Source of the DNA: Eledone cirrhosa
Taxonomy: Eukaryota
Direction: 5' to 3'
Assembly (NCBI GenBank): GCA_964016885.1
Contig: OZ024747.1
Coordinates: 91,822,001 to 91,886,000 of the forward strand
Length of the DNA: 64,000 nt
Below are positions 39,866 through 53,901 of the stretch, piece by piece. Positions within the stretch are counted from its first letter, which is position 1. Every line of letters begins with the position of its first letter. The notes under the pieces are model-generated. The model saw only the letters and a program-made list of their open reading frames with translations, did not search any database and was not told the origin of the DNA. A program made the translations under genes and the position numbers.

Positions 39866-40276
39866 ATATATATATATATACGTAATATAATAATACACAC
39901 ACTCACTAAAACACAAATATTTATATACACATATATATATAATATATATATATAAATGAAAAGTATAGAAATTTTATTTTACGTGTAAATATATATACAT
40001 TTATATATATATAAATGTATATATATTTAATACAATAACAGAGATAGCTTCAAGCTAAACTCCGACTGGTAACCATCTCACTCAACAAACATTAGGTTAT
40101 ATGTTAGTATAAACCCAATTTAAGTGTTTGGGGTGCTAGCTATATGTATTTTGTGGAAAGCCAGTTGTATTATTTTATGAGATATAATTAAAGTTAAAAT
40201 ATATCTCTCTTCTATATATATTTACACGTAAAATAAAACAAAACACTCATTAACACACACAAATACACACACACAT

Positions 40277-40320
<44 letters not shown>

Positions 40321-40427
40321 GGTATACTGACATACAGACATAATCGGTAGGTATACTGGCTGCTTGATACACTAGCGGTTCATAAAGCACCAACTGATCC
40401 AGAAGTGTATCCGTAACCTGATATTAC

Positions 40428-42410
40428 TTGTTCAGAATATCAGATAGATTCCCCATCTTTTCTTACTTTCATGCAAGCAGTGGTGGTTGCTTCTGTGATG
40501 ATGCTGATGGGTGTTGTGTTGGTGGTGCTGGTGCTGGTGTTGGTAGTGGTGGTGGTGGTGATTGTAGTGTTGCTGTTGGTGGTTGTATTTGTGTTGGAGC
40601 TGGTGGTTGTGGTGATGCCGGTGATTGTGGTGGTGTTGGTAGTGGTGGTTTCGGTGCTGGTGGTGGTGGTGTTGGTAGTGGTGGTTTCGGTACTGGTGGT
40701 GCTGGTGGTGTTGGTAGTGGTGGTTTCGGTGCTGGTGGTGGTGGTGTTGGTAGTTAGTGGTGGTTTCGGTGCTGGTGGTGTTGGTAGTGGTGGTTTCAGT
40801 GCTGGTGGTGGTGGTAGTTAGTGGTGGTTTCGGTGCTGGTGGTGGTGGTATTGGTAGTTAGTGGTGGTTTCGGTGCTGGTGGTGGTGGTGTTGGTAGTGG
40901 TGGTTTCGGTGCCGGTGGTGGTGGTGTTGGTAGTGGTGGTTTCGGTGCTGGTGGTGGTGGTGGTAGTTAGTGGTGGTTTCGGTGCTGGTGGTGGTGGTGG
41001 TAGTTAGTGGTGGTTTCGGTGCTGGTGGTGGTGGTGTTGGTAGTGGTGGTTTTGGTGCTGGTGGTGGTGGTGGTAGTTAGTGGTGGTTTCGGTGCTGGTG
41101 GTGGTGGTGTTGGTAGTGGTGGTTTCGGTGGTGGTGGTGGTGGTGGTGTTGGTAATGGTGGTTTCGGTGGTGGTGGTGGTGGTGTTGGTAGTGGTGGTTT
41201 CTGTGCTGGTGGTGGTGGTGGTGTTGGTAGTGGTGGTTTCTGTGCTGGTGGTGGTGGTGGTGGTGGTGCTGGTGCTGGTGGTGGTGGTGGTGTTGGTAGT
41301 GGTGGTTTCGGTGGTGGTGGTGGTGGTGTTGGTAGTGGTGGTTTCGGTGCTGGTGGTGGTGTTGGTAGTGGTGGTTTCGGTGGTGGTGGTGGTGGTGGTG
41401 GTGGTGGTGGTTTCGGTGGTGGTGGTGGTGGTGTTGGTAGTGGTGGTTTCGGTGGTGGTGGTGGTGTTGGTAGTGGTGGTTTCGGTGCTGGTGGTGGTGG
41501 TGTTGGTAGTGGTGGTTTCGGTGCTGGTGGTGGTGGTGGTGGAGGTGGTGGTGGTGCTGGTGGTGGTGGTGGTGTTGGTAGTGGTGGTTTCGGTGGTGGT
41601 GGTGGTGGTGTTGGTAGTGGTGGTTTCGGTGGTGGTGGTGGTGTTGGTAGTGGTGGTTTCGGTGGTGGTGGTGGTGTTGGTAGTGGTGGTTTCGGTGGTG
41701 GTGGTGGTGTTGGTAGTGGTGGTTTCGGCGGTGGTGGTGGTGTTGGTAGTGGTGGTTTCGGCGGTGGTGGTGGTGTTGGTAGTGGAGGTTTCGGTGGTGG
41801 TGGTGGTGGTGGTGGTGTTGGTAGTGGTGGTTTCGGTGGTGGTGGTGCTGGTTTCGGTGGTGGTGGTGGTGTTGGTAGTGGTGGTTTCGGCGGTGGTGGT
41901 GGTGTTGGTAGTGGTGGTTTCGGTGGTGGTGGTGGTGGTGGTGGAGGTGGTGGTGGTGCTGGTAGTGGTGGTTTCGGTGGTGGTGGTGGTGTTGGTAGTG
42001 GTGGTTTCGGTGGTGGTGGTGGTGTTGGTAGTGGTGGTTTCGGTGGTGGTGGTGGTGTTGGTAGTGGTGGTTTCGGTGGTGGTGGTGGTGTTGGTAGTGG
42101 TGGTTTCGGTGGTGGTGGTGCTGGTTGTGGTGGTGGTGGTTTCGGTGCTGGTGGTGGTGGTGTTGGTAGTGGTGGTTTCGGTGGTGGTGGTGCTGGTTGT
42201 GGTGGTGGTGGTGGTGGTGGTTGTTCTAGTGCTGTTGGTGGCTGTTTTTGTGTTGGTGGTGGTGGTGATGCTGGTGATTATTGTGGTGCCGGTGGTGGTG
42301 GTACTGGTGATTGTGCTAGTGGTTGTGGTGATGCTGATGGTGGTTGTTGTGCTAGTGGTTGTGGTGATGCTGATGGTGGCTGTTGTGCTGGTGGTTGTGG
42401 TCGTGCTTGA
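40428..42410 (+). other. Gly-rich (GGGGVGSGGF)n low-complexity ORF region with Cys-rich ends; possible structural-protein exon/pseudogene or GGT-derived minisatellite
   Basis: Gly frames of 40428-40757 and 41007-42410 are the same frame, interrupted by six GTAGTTAG motifs between 40750 and 41081; Cys-rich flanks are similar to each other. Confidence 0.35.
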
Positions 42411-42887
42411 TTCAGTGGTGGTGATGGTGATGGTGGTGTTTGATTAGTTTTGTTGATTGTGGTAATAATGGTGGTGGTGGTGGCGTTTTTAGCAGCAGTA
42501 GTAGTAGTAATAGTAGTAATAGTTAAGTAGTTGTTGTAGTATTAATAATAAAAAAAAAGACAAGCGAACGAAGAATGAGGAAAAGAAAAGAAAACAAAAT
42601 GATAAAAAAGACAAAGACAAAAAAGAGGAAAGCAAGCGATGAAGGAGAAGAAAGGTAAAGATGGTGGGATTGGAAGAGGTAAGGTTGATTGGAGTCAGCT
42701 GCACTAAAAGCAGCCAGCAGCAAACAGCAACAACTGCAACAGTCAGTGTGCTTGCAATGCCATTGCTGTCGGGTATTTGAGTACAGTAGAAGAGTAGCTG
42801 TACCCTGCAGATGTAGCATTAGTTGATGCCACTATATAGGCATATATATAAAAAAAAAAAAATTACACTACTACCATCACATTACTA

Positions 42888-43016
42888 ACATGTGGAACGG
42901 ACCTCCGTCGATTTTGACGATGAGTGTTTCCAGTTTTCTTTATCAACAGAATAGCTTTTTCGTGTAATTAACGTGCAAGTGGCTTAGCATTCCATAGATA
43001 TGTGTATACCCTTAAC
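42888..43016 (+). mobile_element. Fragment of an older, different SINE; inverted relative at ~46480-46630
   Basis: CTCCGTCG..GACGATGAG..TCGTGTAATTAACGTGCAAGTGGCTTAGCATTCCATAGA..CCCTTAAC; decayed reverse complement near 46520-46630. Confidence 0.55.
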
Positions 43017-43019
43017 TTA

Positions 43020-43375
43020 ACTTTTATGGGGGTTCATAGTACCGCTGTGTGTTACGAGGTTGTCCCTATGTGTGAGTGTGTGTCCGTGAAATATATAAAT
43101 ATATACATATACACCAGGTCCGAACACAAAGGAACCAAATTGACACTCCCTCTGTCGCTCTCGTTCTCTCCATCTCTCCCTATTGTGAGCAAATGGGGGC
43201 CCACGTGCTGGCTTCCCCACGACCCCGGGTGGCAATACAGAGGGCGTTTTCCCGGAGGATGGTGAGGAAGACGCGCTGGATGAGACATTACAGCTCGCGA
43301 GTCTCACACCCGCGGGTGTCCAACACTATGCCGATGGTGGTGAGCAAGGAGGGTGGCCCTAGGGCCAAGTACACA
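43020..43375 (-). mobile_element. CRE-clade LINE 3' fragment including 3' UTR
   Basis: Aligns with 26455-26720 (GCCGATGGTGGTGAGCAAGGAGG..CTAGGGCCAAG); carries a single CATATACACCAGGTCCGAACA motif. Confidence 0.8.
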
Positions 43376-43851
43376 TCTTTTAAGCTTCTAAAAACTTCCA
43401 CCTACCCAATTTCAGTCATAAGACATGGCATCAAACCCGGGATCTAATAATCCCCGAGTGCACCATTCACTGTATACATGTAATATAGCTGTGTACACTG
43501 TTGTACTATATACGCAGTTCATTAAACATCACTGTCTATACTAGGGGACTTAGGTAAATTTGGTGTAGCGTAAGTAGTAGCAGAATGTGGAATTCCAGTC
43601 GAACCAATATATAAAATATATAATGGAGACTATTCTACTTCATGCATGATGGAGCAACCTCATCAATAAATATTTGTTGTAATCTATATACCTATAAATC
43701 TATAGCCCAATATTAACCTACACACAAACATATATATATATATATATAGAAACGATATATCGATTTGGGTATCCCTACTTTAGGGTTAGAGTATGCTATC
43801 ACGAGGCGTGTTTCAACGTACAGTAGGGGTTGACTCAACAAGATATTTTCC

Positions 43852-43890
<39 letters not shown>

Positions 43891-44000
43891 TAAGGCTTTA
43901 GATCGAAAATCGTGTGAGTGATTAGATCTATATATATACACATATAATATATATATATATACGCACACACACACACCTATATATATACATATATATATAA

Positions 44001-44052
<52 letters not shown>

Positions 44053-44828
44053 GAATAGGAAATAGTTGGATTTTTTCTTTTTGTTCACACGGCTAACAGT
44101 ATAAAGAAAGAGTGATAATGCCTGCAGTCTTATGACTGAAATCAGTAAAAAAAATTATTTGTTATATAGTGCTGTGTAGGCAAAAGCAATTGCTTTTATT
44201 AACATTACCATTAATTGTAGACACATCTATGTAATACAGATAAAATATTGATGCATGTTTCTGTTATAATTGTGTGTGTTGGTATGTGTGTTGGTGTGTG
44301 TATCGTATGTATGTTTGGTGAGTATGTGTGGTATGTATGTGTGGTGAGTATGTGTGTGTTGGTGTTAGTATGTGTGTGTGTGTATGTGTGTGTGGATGTG
44401 TGTGTGTGTGTGCATGTGTGTGTATTGGTTTGAGAATGTGGGGCAAGAGCTTTTATGATATTGTGATTATGGAATACGTTTTAGTATGAAATTAATTGTA
44501 GAATAGTGTAGTATAGTATAGTATAGTATAGTATAGTATAGTATAGTATAATGTATTAGAACTGTGCTATAAAAGTGGACGTAGTATTATGATATATTAT
44601 GCTGACGTGTAGCTTTTTAGATATGTGAGTATGTAATGTAGTACTTCAGTGATGTATAGAATGGACATTTAGTAATGTGTTGTATGTTATAGTAATGTAT
44701 TTTTAATATACTATAATACTATAATCATAGGAATCGTGAAAATAGACCTTAATGTTTTGAAGGGTACATACAGGTACATATATATATATATATATGTACA
44801 CACAAATAATTCATACATATTTGTATAT

Positions 44829-44869
<41 letters not shown>

Positions 44870-45654
44870 CCGTATGAGGTTGACGGCTGAGAGAAAGGAG
44901 TAGTCAATAGTGAAGTAAAGGTTTAATATTCATTATTATTAAGGCTAAAAAGTGAGGCCTGTTACTCTGGAGTTTCGCCTGTGATACATACACACACACA
45001 TACACACACATACATACATACACACACATACACACACATACATACACACACATACATACACACACATACATACACACACACATACACACACGCATACATT
45101 CATACATACACATACATATATGTACATACATGTAAACATATATATGTCTACGTTTTATGTATGTGTGCGTCTGTACGTGTTTCATGTGTGTTTCCACAGT
45201 ATAATGCAATCCTTGACTCCTGTACACGTGTATGGTCGAATGCTTAAAATGGTTGCTGCGTTGTCAAGAATTATCGAGTTCAGTCTCACTGCCAAGTTCT
45301 TTGGGTAAAGGTAGGCTACAATTGCATCGGGTCGAGTCAAGACTTGGAGGGAATTCGGTTGACGGAAATTATTTTGAATCTGAACGATGGATTGTTGCTG
45401 CATTTCAAAAACCTATACTTGCCATGAATTGTCAACTGAATCAGTGTTTTCTTCACATTACAAAGAATAACTAGTTCCATTCATCAGACTACTTGACAAT
45501 ATATTTCCCAAACCAGGGTAAGGTGTATCACAAACAAGGTTATGAATATAACGAATATAAGTGTGTTGATGATAGTAATAGTTTGAGGGTAATATGTGTA
45601 CTTGTCTTTGTGGGTTCTATTTGTGGTAATGTTGGTGGTGAACAAGGCGATGGT

Positions 45655-45737
<83 letters not shown>

Positions 45738-45784
45738 ATAGAAAGAGGGAAGAGAGGAAATAAACAATAATAGAATGTCACTGA

Positions 45785-46235
45785 CTACTGCTTCAAACAC
45801 AAAGGAACTAAACTCCCACTGACACTCCCTCCACCTCTCCCGCTCTCCCCCATCGCTCACTATTATGAGTAAATAGGGGCCCACGGGCAGGCCACCCCAA
45901 GCCCGGAGGATAGAATAAAGAGGGTGTTTCCCTGGGGGACGGTTAAGGAGACGCGCTGGAAGAGCGATTCCAGCTCGCGAGGCTCAAAGTTATTTTTTTA
46001 TAGTTTGCATTGCAATCGTTTTCTGCTAGATTTTATCTCACTGCCTGGAATGTTAGGTAGATGTTATTTACTATATCCTTCGGTGACACCGTGAGCTGGA
46101 ATGGCTCTTCCAGCGCACTTCCCTCGCCATCCTCCCGGGAAACACTTTCTCTATTCTGTTCGCAGGGGCCGCAGAGCGGCCAGAGAGTGGGCCCGCATTT
46201 TCTCATAATAGTGAGAGATGTGGAGAGCTAGAAAG
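45785..46235. mobile_element. Two diverged CRE-derived 3' fragments (45785-45990 minus, 46085-46235 plus)
   Basis: GAGACGCGCTGGAAGAGCGATTCCAGCTCGCG and its complement GAGCTGGAATGGCTCTTCCAGCGC (ELEWLFQR). Confidence 0.75.
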
Positions 46236-47602
46236 GTATATATGAACGCGAATATAAACGCACAATAAACATATATAAGTCTCGCTCTGAATATTTTAAG
46301 CTGTGATCATCTCACAGTAATATAAGCAGCCATGTGAGGATAACATACACATGTTTTAGGATTGTGTTGCTCATTGATGACGTCTACTCACTCATGCCTT
46401 GTGGGTGAAATTGTATAGACGGGAGCTGTTTGGAAACCCACTGGATGGATTCTGCCTGTTATTCAAAGAGCCAGCGTTGTCACATGATGTTTTACGATGA
46501 ATATGCCTGAGTATTCCGTTAAGTGAACAGGAATCGGTGGACTGACCAGCCACTTACACAATATTTACACGAGAAGGCTGTTTCGTTGATTTAATATCTA
46601 TTTACCCTCATCGTCCAATTCGATGGAGGATCATTTTTTTTATCCCATTCCTAGTTTTTCTTAAGCAGCATATTTTAATATTGAAACAAGGAGTTCTATG
46701 CTCCATGAAAGTTTCAATACAGCAAGAAGAAAGTACACAGAACTACTTAAAATATCATACAATACCTTTCAAATATTTTAGTATAGACGGATGCACCCAG
46801 TACAGTTCTTGGCACATAAATTGACAGGCTAGATTACTCTGTAAGGAGCGACATTGGTATAAACAACATAATAAAGAGTAAACCAACATTTCATATTAGT
46901 CTTCTAATAAACTATATCATATAACACTATACCTAGTACACAAACATTGATTTGTTATACGTGTAACAGAACTACAAGATTTAGCTACATCTTCACTGGC
47001 TCACCCTTTATACAAGTGCATCATTTATTTCGTCTTCATTGATATAGTTTCTTAATTCTTTGAAAATGGAACAAGCAAACCCTCAATAGTTACAATGTAG
47101 CACCATAATGCCTATGATTAGCTATATTACTGATATATTATTTCAATGGATTCTTTCTATGCTAAACGTCGACATGCCAGATTCTGTTTAACAGACTCTA
47201 TTAATTTATGAGGGATAGTCAGAAAGAATGATAGGATATTCAGTAGAACGTAGAATGTATATTTTAGAACAATTCACGGGAAATAGTATGTGATTAATGT
47301 GATATTTCAACTAAACGAGTTCATCAAATGATTTCCAAATACAGATGTTTTTTCTCACATTAATACCCATGAGAAACATATGAATGTAATGATTTTATTA
47401 CAAGGAAATCAGACATGACATCCAATTTAATATGCCTGATTAGTTAATGCGTAATATTTTGTTTCATTCCTCATGCTTATAAAGCAAATTTTATTCGCCT
47501 TTGATACCCCGACTCAGAATTGGTTGGATAATAAAACGTTGAATTCACGCAATCAATGGTTTCCTCTATTCCATCTTTTCCCCTAACTCTTTCCCCACCT
47601 TC

Positions 47603-47715
<113 letters not shown>

Positions 47716-50327
47716 TGAAGAACATTTAGCTAAGATACTATTATGGTCACGTTTAGCAGGAGTGGTAAATAGGGTTTATGTGCTGCTTGCACCCAGTTTA
47801 CTGCCTCATATTTCAGAGTTCAAATGTAAAGCTATGTTATCAGTTGTTGACTTTGTACTTGCTTCCCTTGGATTCGATAATGGAAGAGCTAATAAGCTAT
47901 TACAGTTGATTTAATCGACTAAAGTCTGCACCCTTACAGAAAGGCAGTACATCAAGATCAAAGAACGGATTATTGATTTCTTTCAAGAATACATGTCTAT
48001 AATTCCTGCTATGAAATTGTTTCTAATTTACATTTAAAGAAAATACGGTTTATAAAGATAGAACTATTAATCTCTTGAATGTCAAAAACGAAAAGAAAAC
48101 ACAGAGATCAACCGACTCTTTATATAGATCAATCTCTTTGAAAACTTCCAGTTCTTATAAGCTGCTTCTCATCAGCTAGTAAAATGGGGTAAGTGAAATA
48201 TAATGTCTGAGCCACAGATGCACAAAAACGTGAGCAGTTGATTTGAATTCATGAACTGTTATCTGCTGATCGGAAACTAACAGACATCAACTCCTAAATC
48301 ATTTCCTTTTAATTTACATCATCTTAGGAGGGATGGACATTTATTAATGTAAGACAAACAATCTAACCACAGAAAAGCACTAGCTCATATTTCCTTGTGG
48401 AATTTGAATTTTACAATACTAATTCTACACAGATATTTATCTCTAGCTTTCAGTTAAGTAACAATCAAGTACTGAGGTGATTCCACAGGTTGATTCATCA
48501 ACGTCCCCAAAACCATATTAGGTGAACACTCACAAGAGTGTGATGGTCATCATATGCAAAGCCTGCCAGTATATTAAATTTTAATTAACTGCGCATTTCT
48601 GGGCACTGCCCTTTTGTCTTTTAATATACACATTTGTAAGCATAATTTTCCATGAAACAAATACACTCAGCCCCTTGAACCCTTTCCACGTTTAAATCCA
48701 ATTCAGCATGAGCTATGCTTCTCTTACGTTACTAAGAGTTTTGGTAATGACATAAATAATATTATTTTCTGTATAAAAGTATTCCATGATACTTCAAGAA
48801 AATAGCTAAAATTATTAAGTTTCATGTCACAATTATTTATTTTAAGAAACTGTTGATACAGTATCTTTTTATAGAGCATCATGCTGAAAATATATCTAGA
48901 TTTACATTATTTTTAGTTTTCTTCCAAAAGATGAATACATTCTTTCTGATGATTCTTTCTCCTTGAAATTAATTCGAAATGAATCATTATATATCTGGTA
49001 ATATATCTCTAAATTTCCGTCATTAATTCATAGTATTCTCTTTATTTTCTCGAACATTGCACTCATTATGTAATCAAATTGCAAAATATATTGCATTATT
49101 GTTTATGAAACATAGACCAAGACATATTGCTTAAGAAAAAATTGACACAAGCTAACAAAATGGCTGATTGTTTTTCATCTTAGAATACATAATTATTTTC
49201 TCTTTTCTTCGAGGAAATCATGCAAGAGTGTTTAACCTCAATAATGAGGAGTTAAGTTTGGTAAAATGACACAAATTATATAGTTTTGCATTTCGTGTTT
49301 GTTGACTCTTTATATGATTTAGTATGGCATACGCGAATAAAACCATTAATAAAAGAAAAAAATAAACCAGTTGAACCAAGATGGGATAAAAGTAAAATAT
49401 GAACTACGAAAAGTGAACGTCTAAAGGGAATAACAAAATTAAGTACATTAAAAGAAGTATTTACTATAAACAATCCAGCATTTTAAATATATGCAAATCA
49501 ATGATATATTCTTCAGAGATATAATCTCAATTCAACTATACTTTTATATATAAAATCTTACAGTTAATATCAGGTTAACTTGTCAAAGATTGTCAAAGAT
49601 TTTAGAAATACAGTGAATCAGTGATTTAATCATTAGAAACCTGTAAGTAACGACGTTAAGGTTTAAAATGTGATATAAATTAAATGAAAACATGCGTCTA
49701 TGATGAACATATCAATTGACAGTAGGTATCATTAGTGTTTGATAAAATGCTTATTATATGATAGTAAAATAGCATCAGAGCTTATAATATATAGCAGGAT
49801 CGAATGAAAGAAAAAGATAACTAATAAAAGGTTGCATTAATTAGGAATTTTATAATAATTTATAATTATTTGTAAAGACGTGCAGTAATGAGGATTGACA
49901 TAATAGAGATGCGAATATGTATGGGATTTATTTTTAAGGATTCACGAGTCGAACTTCGTCGAATTTCGTCAACACATATTTTGTTTTTCTCCCACTAATG
50001 ACAGTAATGCAAATATTAATAACATAGTATTAATATAACAGCTGCATACTTTGAATGTTATTTATTCAAAGGAAATTAATATTTACAATAAAAAAAAATC
50101 AGACAACAAAAAGATAGTAGACAAAACATTGTAAACGTTACTCTATCTACTATCAGGGAATATTTTATTTTATATTCTAAAAAATATCATTAATATACGA
50201 TCTTGTGTGACACAACTTTTTTATATGTGATGAAATGGGCCGTATGAGCATAATAAACAGCATTATTTAGCTTACAAAGGAAGATATTTTATAAGAATAA
50301 ATAAAATGAGATTTCTTAACGTTATTA

Positions 50328-50652
50328 TGTTTGGCAGTATCGGTAGAGGGTTGGACGCCATGCTTTGACGCATAGAGTTACGGTCCTTGCCATTCTGAGT
50401 TCAAATCCCGACGAGGTTAACTTCGAGGTCGATAAAATAAAGTACCAGTAATACACTGGGTAATTGCTCGCCTTGTGCCAAATATAGAAACAGTTATTAT
50501 GTGGAAATAGTGAGGCCAGCAATTATCCCAGTGTATTACTGGTGCTTTATTTCATCGACCCCGCAAGGGATTTGAACTCAGACCATAAAGGGCCGTAACC
50601 CTTTGCTGCAACGCATGGCGTCAGACCTTCTACCAATCCACTGCCAATCCAC
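50328..50652. mobile_element. Two internally deleted SINE copies, tail-to-tail (50328-50495 plus, 50513-50652 minus)
   Basis: Both match the 108-294 family with ~20-25-bp internal deletions. Confidence 0.8.
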
Positions 50653-50959
50653 GGAAATAATAGTGAGTAGAAGTGAGAAAAGGCTAAGTGCTTTGAGACT
50701 GGCTGCATAGGAGTGCGTTTGTGTTTGTCTATAGGTACTTAGCGTGAATCTACTTCTGCCATGGTATCACTATGTATTCTTCTTTAAATCCATCAGCCAA
50801 TGACCTCCACCCATCCCAATCACCACCCTCCCCTACCACCAGAAAATGTATAAATACCACCATATTACATTGACAGTCGACTCTCTTGATGATTTCCTCC
50901 GAATGAAACAGTTCTAGACATGTAGAAGCCATTTATATATATATATATATATATATATA

Positions 50960-53428
50960 CTAGCAGAATTACCCGGCGTTGCCCGGGTGTAAGTCGACCT
51001 TTGGTCTGTTAGAATGTGTGAAAGTTACTTTCCGCGCATCACAAGTTCAAAACTTCGAACTTCAATGAAAAAAAATAGGTTAGTAGACACAGGTGTGTAA
51101 TTTATTAATTGTAGTTACACAGTGTATCGTTGAAATTGTTCTCTGCACAACTGACGGAAGTCAAAATCGCTTGATATTGAATGTTCAGTTAATTTAAAGC
51201 AGGGTGAAAATGTCGATTACTTTCAGGGTTCTTTTTTTGTTACAATTTTTGCGCTTACATGTTCAGAAGAAGAATTAAAAGGGCCTTTATCTTAACCGCA
51301 GCATAATGGCGAGTCTTTTATGATAGTTTTCAAGAATATAGGACGTTCCTGTAAAAAGTTTTCCCATGTGTAACTTTGCCTTGTTTTTTTGCGCAAAGTC
51401 GAGCCCCGCTTCAGTTTTATTGATTTTTTACATCAATGCGTGATCTCTGAAGTAGATTTGAGTAGCTAAAAACCTGTCCCGGTAAATTTGCTATAGGTGA
51501 AAAAAAGTTGATCAAAATTGTATCTAGGGTTATTGCCCATTGCCACAGTCTCAAGCCTCGTCTGACGGGATGCTGGTGATTCCTCCGTCAGCGCTTGTTG
51601 GCGACGAAGGCGAACATCAGCAAGCCTTGTCATACGTGATGTTGGTGACTCAACCAGCCGGGAAAGACGTCTATCAGCGAGTCGAGATTCGCGCTCAGCA
51701 GGTGTTTCCTAGAGAAAATTAATTAATTCTACTGGTTAGCTAAGCCAATGGCAGTGTCAATAGTAAATGAGAAAAGTCTAACATGAACAAAAGGGAATCA
51801 AGGTAATACAATAAATTTAATATAACTACGATTAGAATGTTGTAGTTGCTTAAAAGTGGTGACAGTTAGGATAAACGCAGTACTTGCTAACATTAAGGGA
51901 GAATATTGCATAAAGGATTAATCAATTGTGAATGAACTCAAACCTGAGAACGCCTAATTCGTTGTCTCAAAGCAGTAGCTGTACCTTTTTTGGAGGTAAG
52001 TCTTGAACGTTTCCGTGTGGGCATAACGACGTGTAACGAAGCTGTTAGGTTAGAGAGAGGTGATTAAATACAGAGAGAGATGACACCAGATTCGTTAGCA
52101 TGGTTACTGGTGAATGGGAAGGTTTGGAAATATGATTACAATAACTAACCGAATTTTCCGGTCTATAAATTGCACTTAAAATAATTAAATTTAATCAAAA
52201 AACAGCTCTGCGCTTTATACTCCGGTGAGCCTTATGTATAAATAATACAATGGTAATCAATCACGGCTCTAACAGAAGTAATAGATCTAGACTAAAAGTA
52301 AAGAAGATAGCATTTTCCTGGTTGGCCTTACACGCCGTTGCGCGGACCTGATTTTAAATGATACGCCTTATATCCTGGTGAGCCTTATAGAGCGGAAAAT
52401 ATCTATTGGAAAAGAATACGAATTCATGACCAAGGTGTGACAAAATAGGCGTCTATACAGCGCCTGAAACAAACTTGTCCAAAACCCTAGGAACCGTTTT
52501 TTAGTTACAAAAAATAACCAAAGTGTATAGTAGCTATATTTCTGACATATCATGCCAAAAAGAACAATATATTCAAAAAATGTTCTAAAAGACATTCAAT
52601 CTCTCTTTTTGACCGATATCTTAATAAGCAAGTTATCGATGTTTTATTGGCTGTCAGTGTCTATCTGCATGCAGATACGCTCATAACATTTAGTCGTAAG
52701 CAGAACAAAAAATGCCATTAGAGGTGGGCTAATAATGAAGACACAAACCCTGGTGAACTTACGTTTAAACACCCGAAAAGTTACTCACTTCCTGTGCAAA
52801 AGACTGTATTATAAATTAAGTAATTTTTTAGAATCTTTTGTTTAAAAAAGGAAAACATTGGTACCACGTAACATTTTTTACATTTTTTACAACTTTGTAT
52901 GTGTACAATACAACTTGGTCAACGTATTATTTAGTAATTTTTTTTTCAAAAAGCATGATTATTTAAGACTGTTTAAAAATTTACTCACAGCTTTTAGCAT
53001 CACAAAAGACACCATTAAATTTGGTTCCCTTTTCAGATAGGGATAATACTGTATTTCCACTTGAATAAGGTGGAATATGAAAAGATAAACTCTTTAATGG
53101 TCGGTCGTTTACTGAGACAGCTGGGAAGACATGCAGCTGGCCGTCCAATCAATAACGCACGTCCTTATATGGGCATATGAAATTTATTTTTATTGCGCCA
53201 GATGTAAACTAAGAGTTCTTGTGTTCGAATTCACATAAAATTTCATTGGAATCGAAAAACATTCTGTCATAGGGCCCGATTATCGATTTTTCGAAAATTT
53301 CAAGTAGCCTATTCCACTCTACGCGTTGAGTTTTATATATGTGTGAGGTTTCATGAAAATTGGATCGACGGTGTAGCATGCAAGTTCGGTACACCAAACA
53401 ATGTCCATCTTCCCTTTATATATATAGA
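50960..53428 (-). mobile_element. Non-autonomous Helitron, ~2.47 kb
   Basis: Minus strand starts TC (A|TCTATATATATAAAGGG, 53428) and ends with hairpin ACCCGGGCAACGCCGGGT (50971-50988) followed by CTAG|T; A/T target in (TA)n, no TSD. Confidence 0.9.
51466..52024 (-). CDS. Two-exon ~107-aa ORF: Helitron RepHel N-terminus with STPR-like repeats (exon 1 52024-51944, exon 2 51708-51466)
   Basis: Exon 1 MPTRKRSRLTSKKGTATALRQRIRRSQ; phase-0 GTTTGA...TTTTCTCTAG intron (235 bp); exon 2 ETPAERESRLADRRLSRLV-ESPTSRMTRLADVRLRRQQALTE-ESPASRQTRLETV then unrelated tail to TAG. Confidence 0.6.
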
Positions 53429-53818
53429 TATATATATATACACATACACCTGTTCACATACACATTTTTTTTTTAAATGCAAAAGTCATTGTCATTGTAA
53501 GAATGAGTCGATTGTTTGAGAGGTTATGTAGACAATGATACTTGCATTTAATATAGAGATACCATATCTAAACTGGACTGTTTAAATATTATTAATTTCA
53601 TGTTGTAGTTTCTAAACAAACAGCAAAATGTAAACTATCGTGTGTTTTTAAATATAGATATCAGGCCATTGTGTGATATACTTGGAGATATCTTCAAAAG
53701 TTCATCAAACTTACCAAAATCAAGTGAAGGGAATTTGTATAGAACAAAACTCTGTGGAAGCACGTCAAATGGGTTAACTCTATAATTCCATCTAATTATA
53801 TCAGACTGATTGTTATGC

Positions 53819-53897
<79 letters not shown>

Positions 53898-53901
<4 letters not shown>

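Noticed and set aside
40750-41081. Intron removing the frame-breaking block of the Gly-rich region
   Set aside because: The GT...AG pairs I tried around the GTAGTTAG motifs rejoin in the Val frame rather than the Gly frame.
41080-42447. 455-aa poly-Val ORF
   Set aside because: Alternative-frame reading of the GGT repeat.
45182-45474. 73-80 aa ORFs in non-repetitive sequence (also 16371-16559 and 32067-32249)
   Set aside because: No recognisable domain or convincing splice context.
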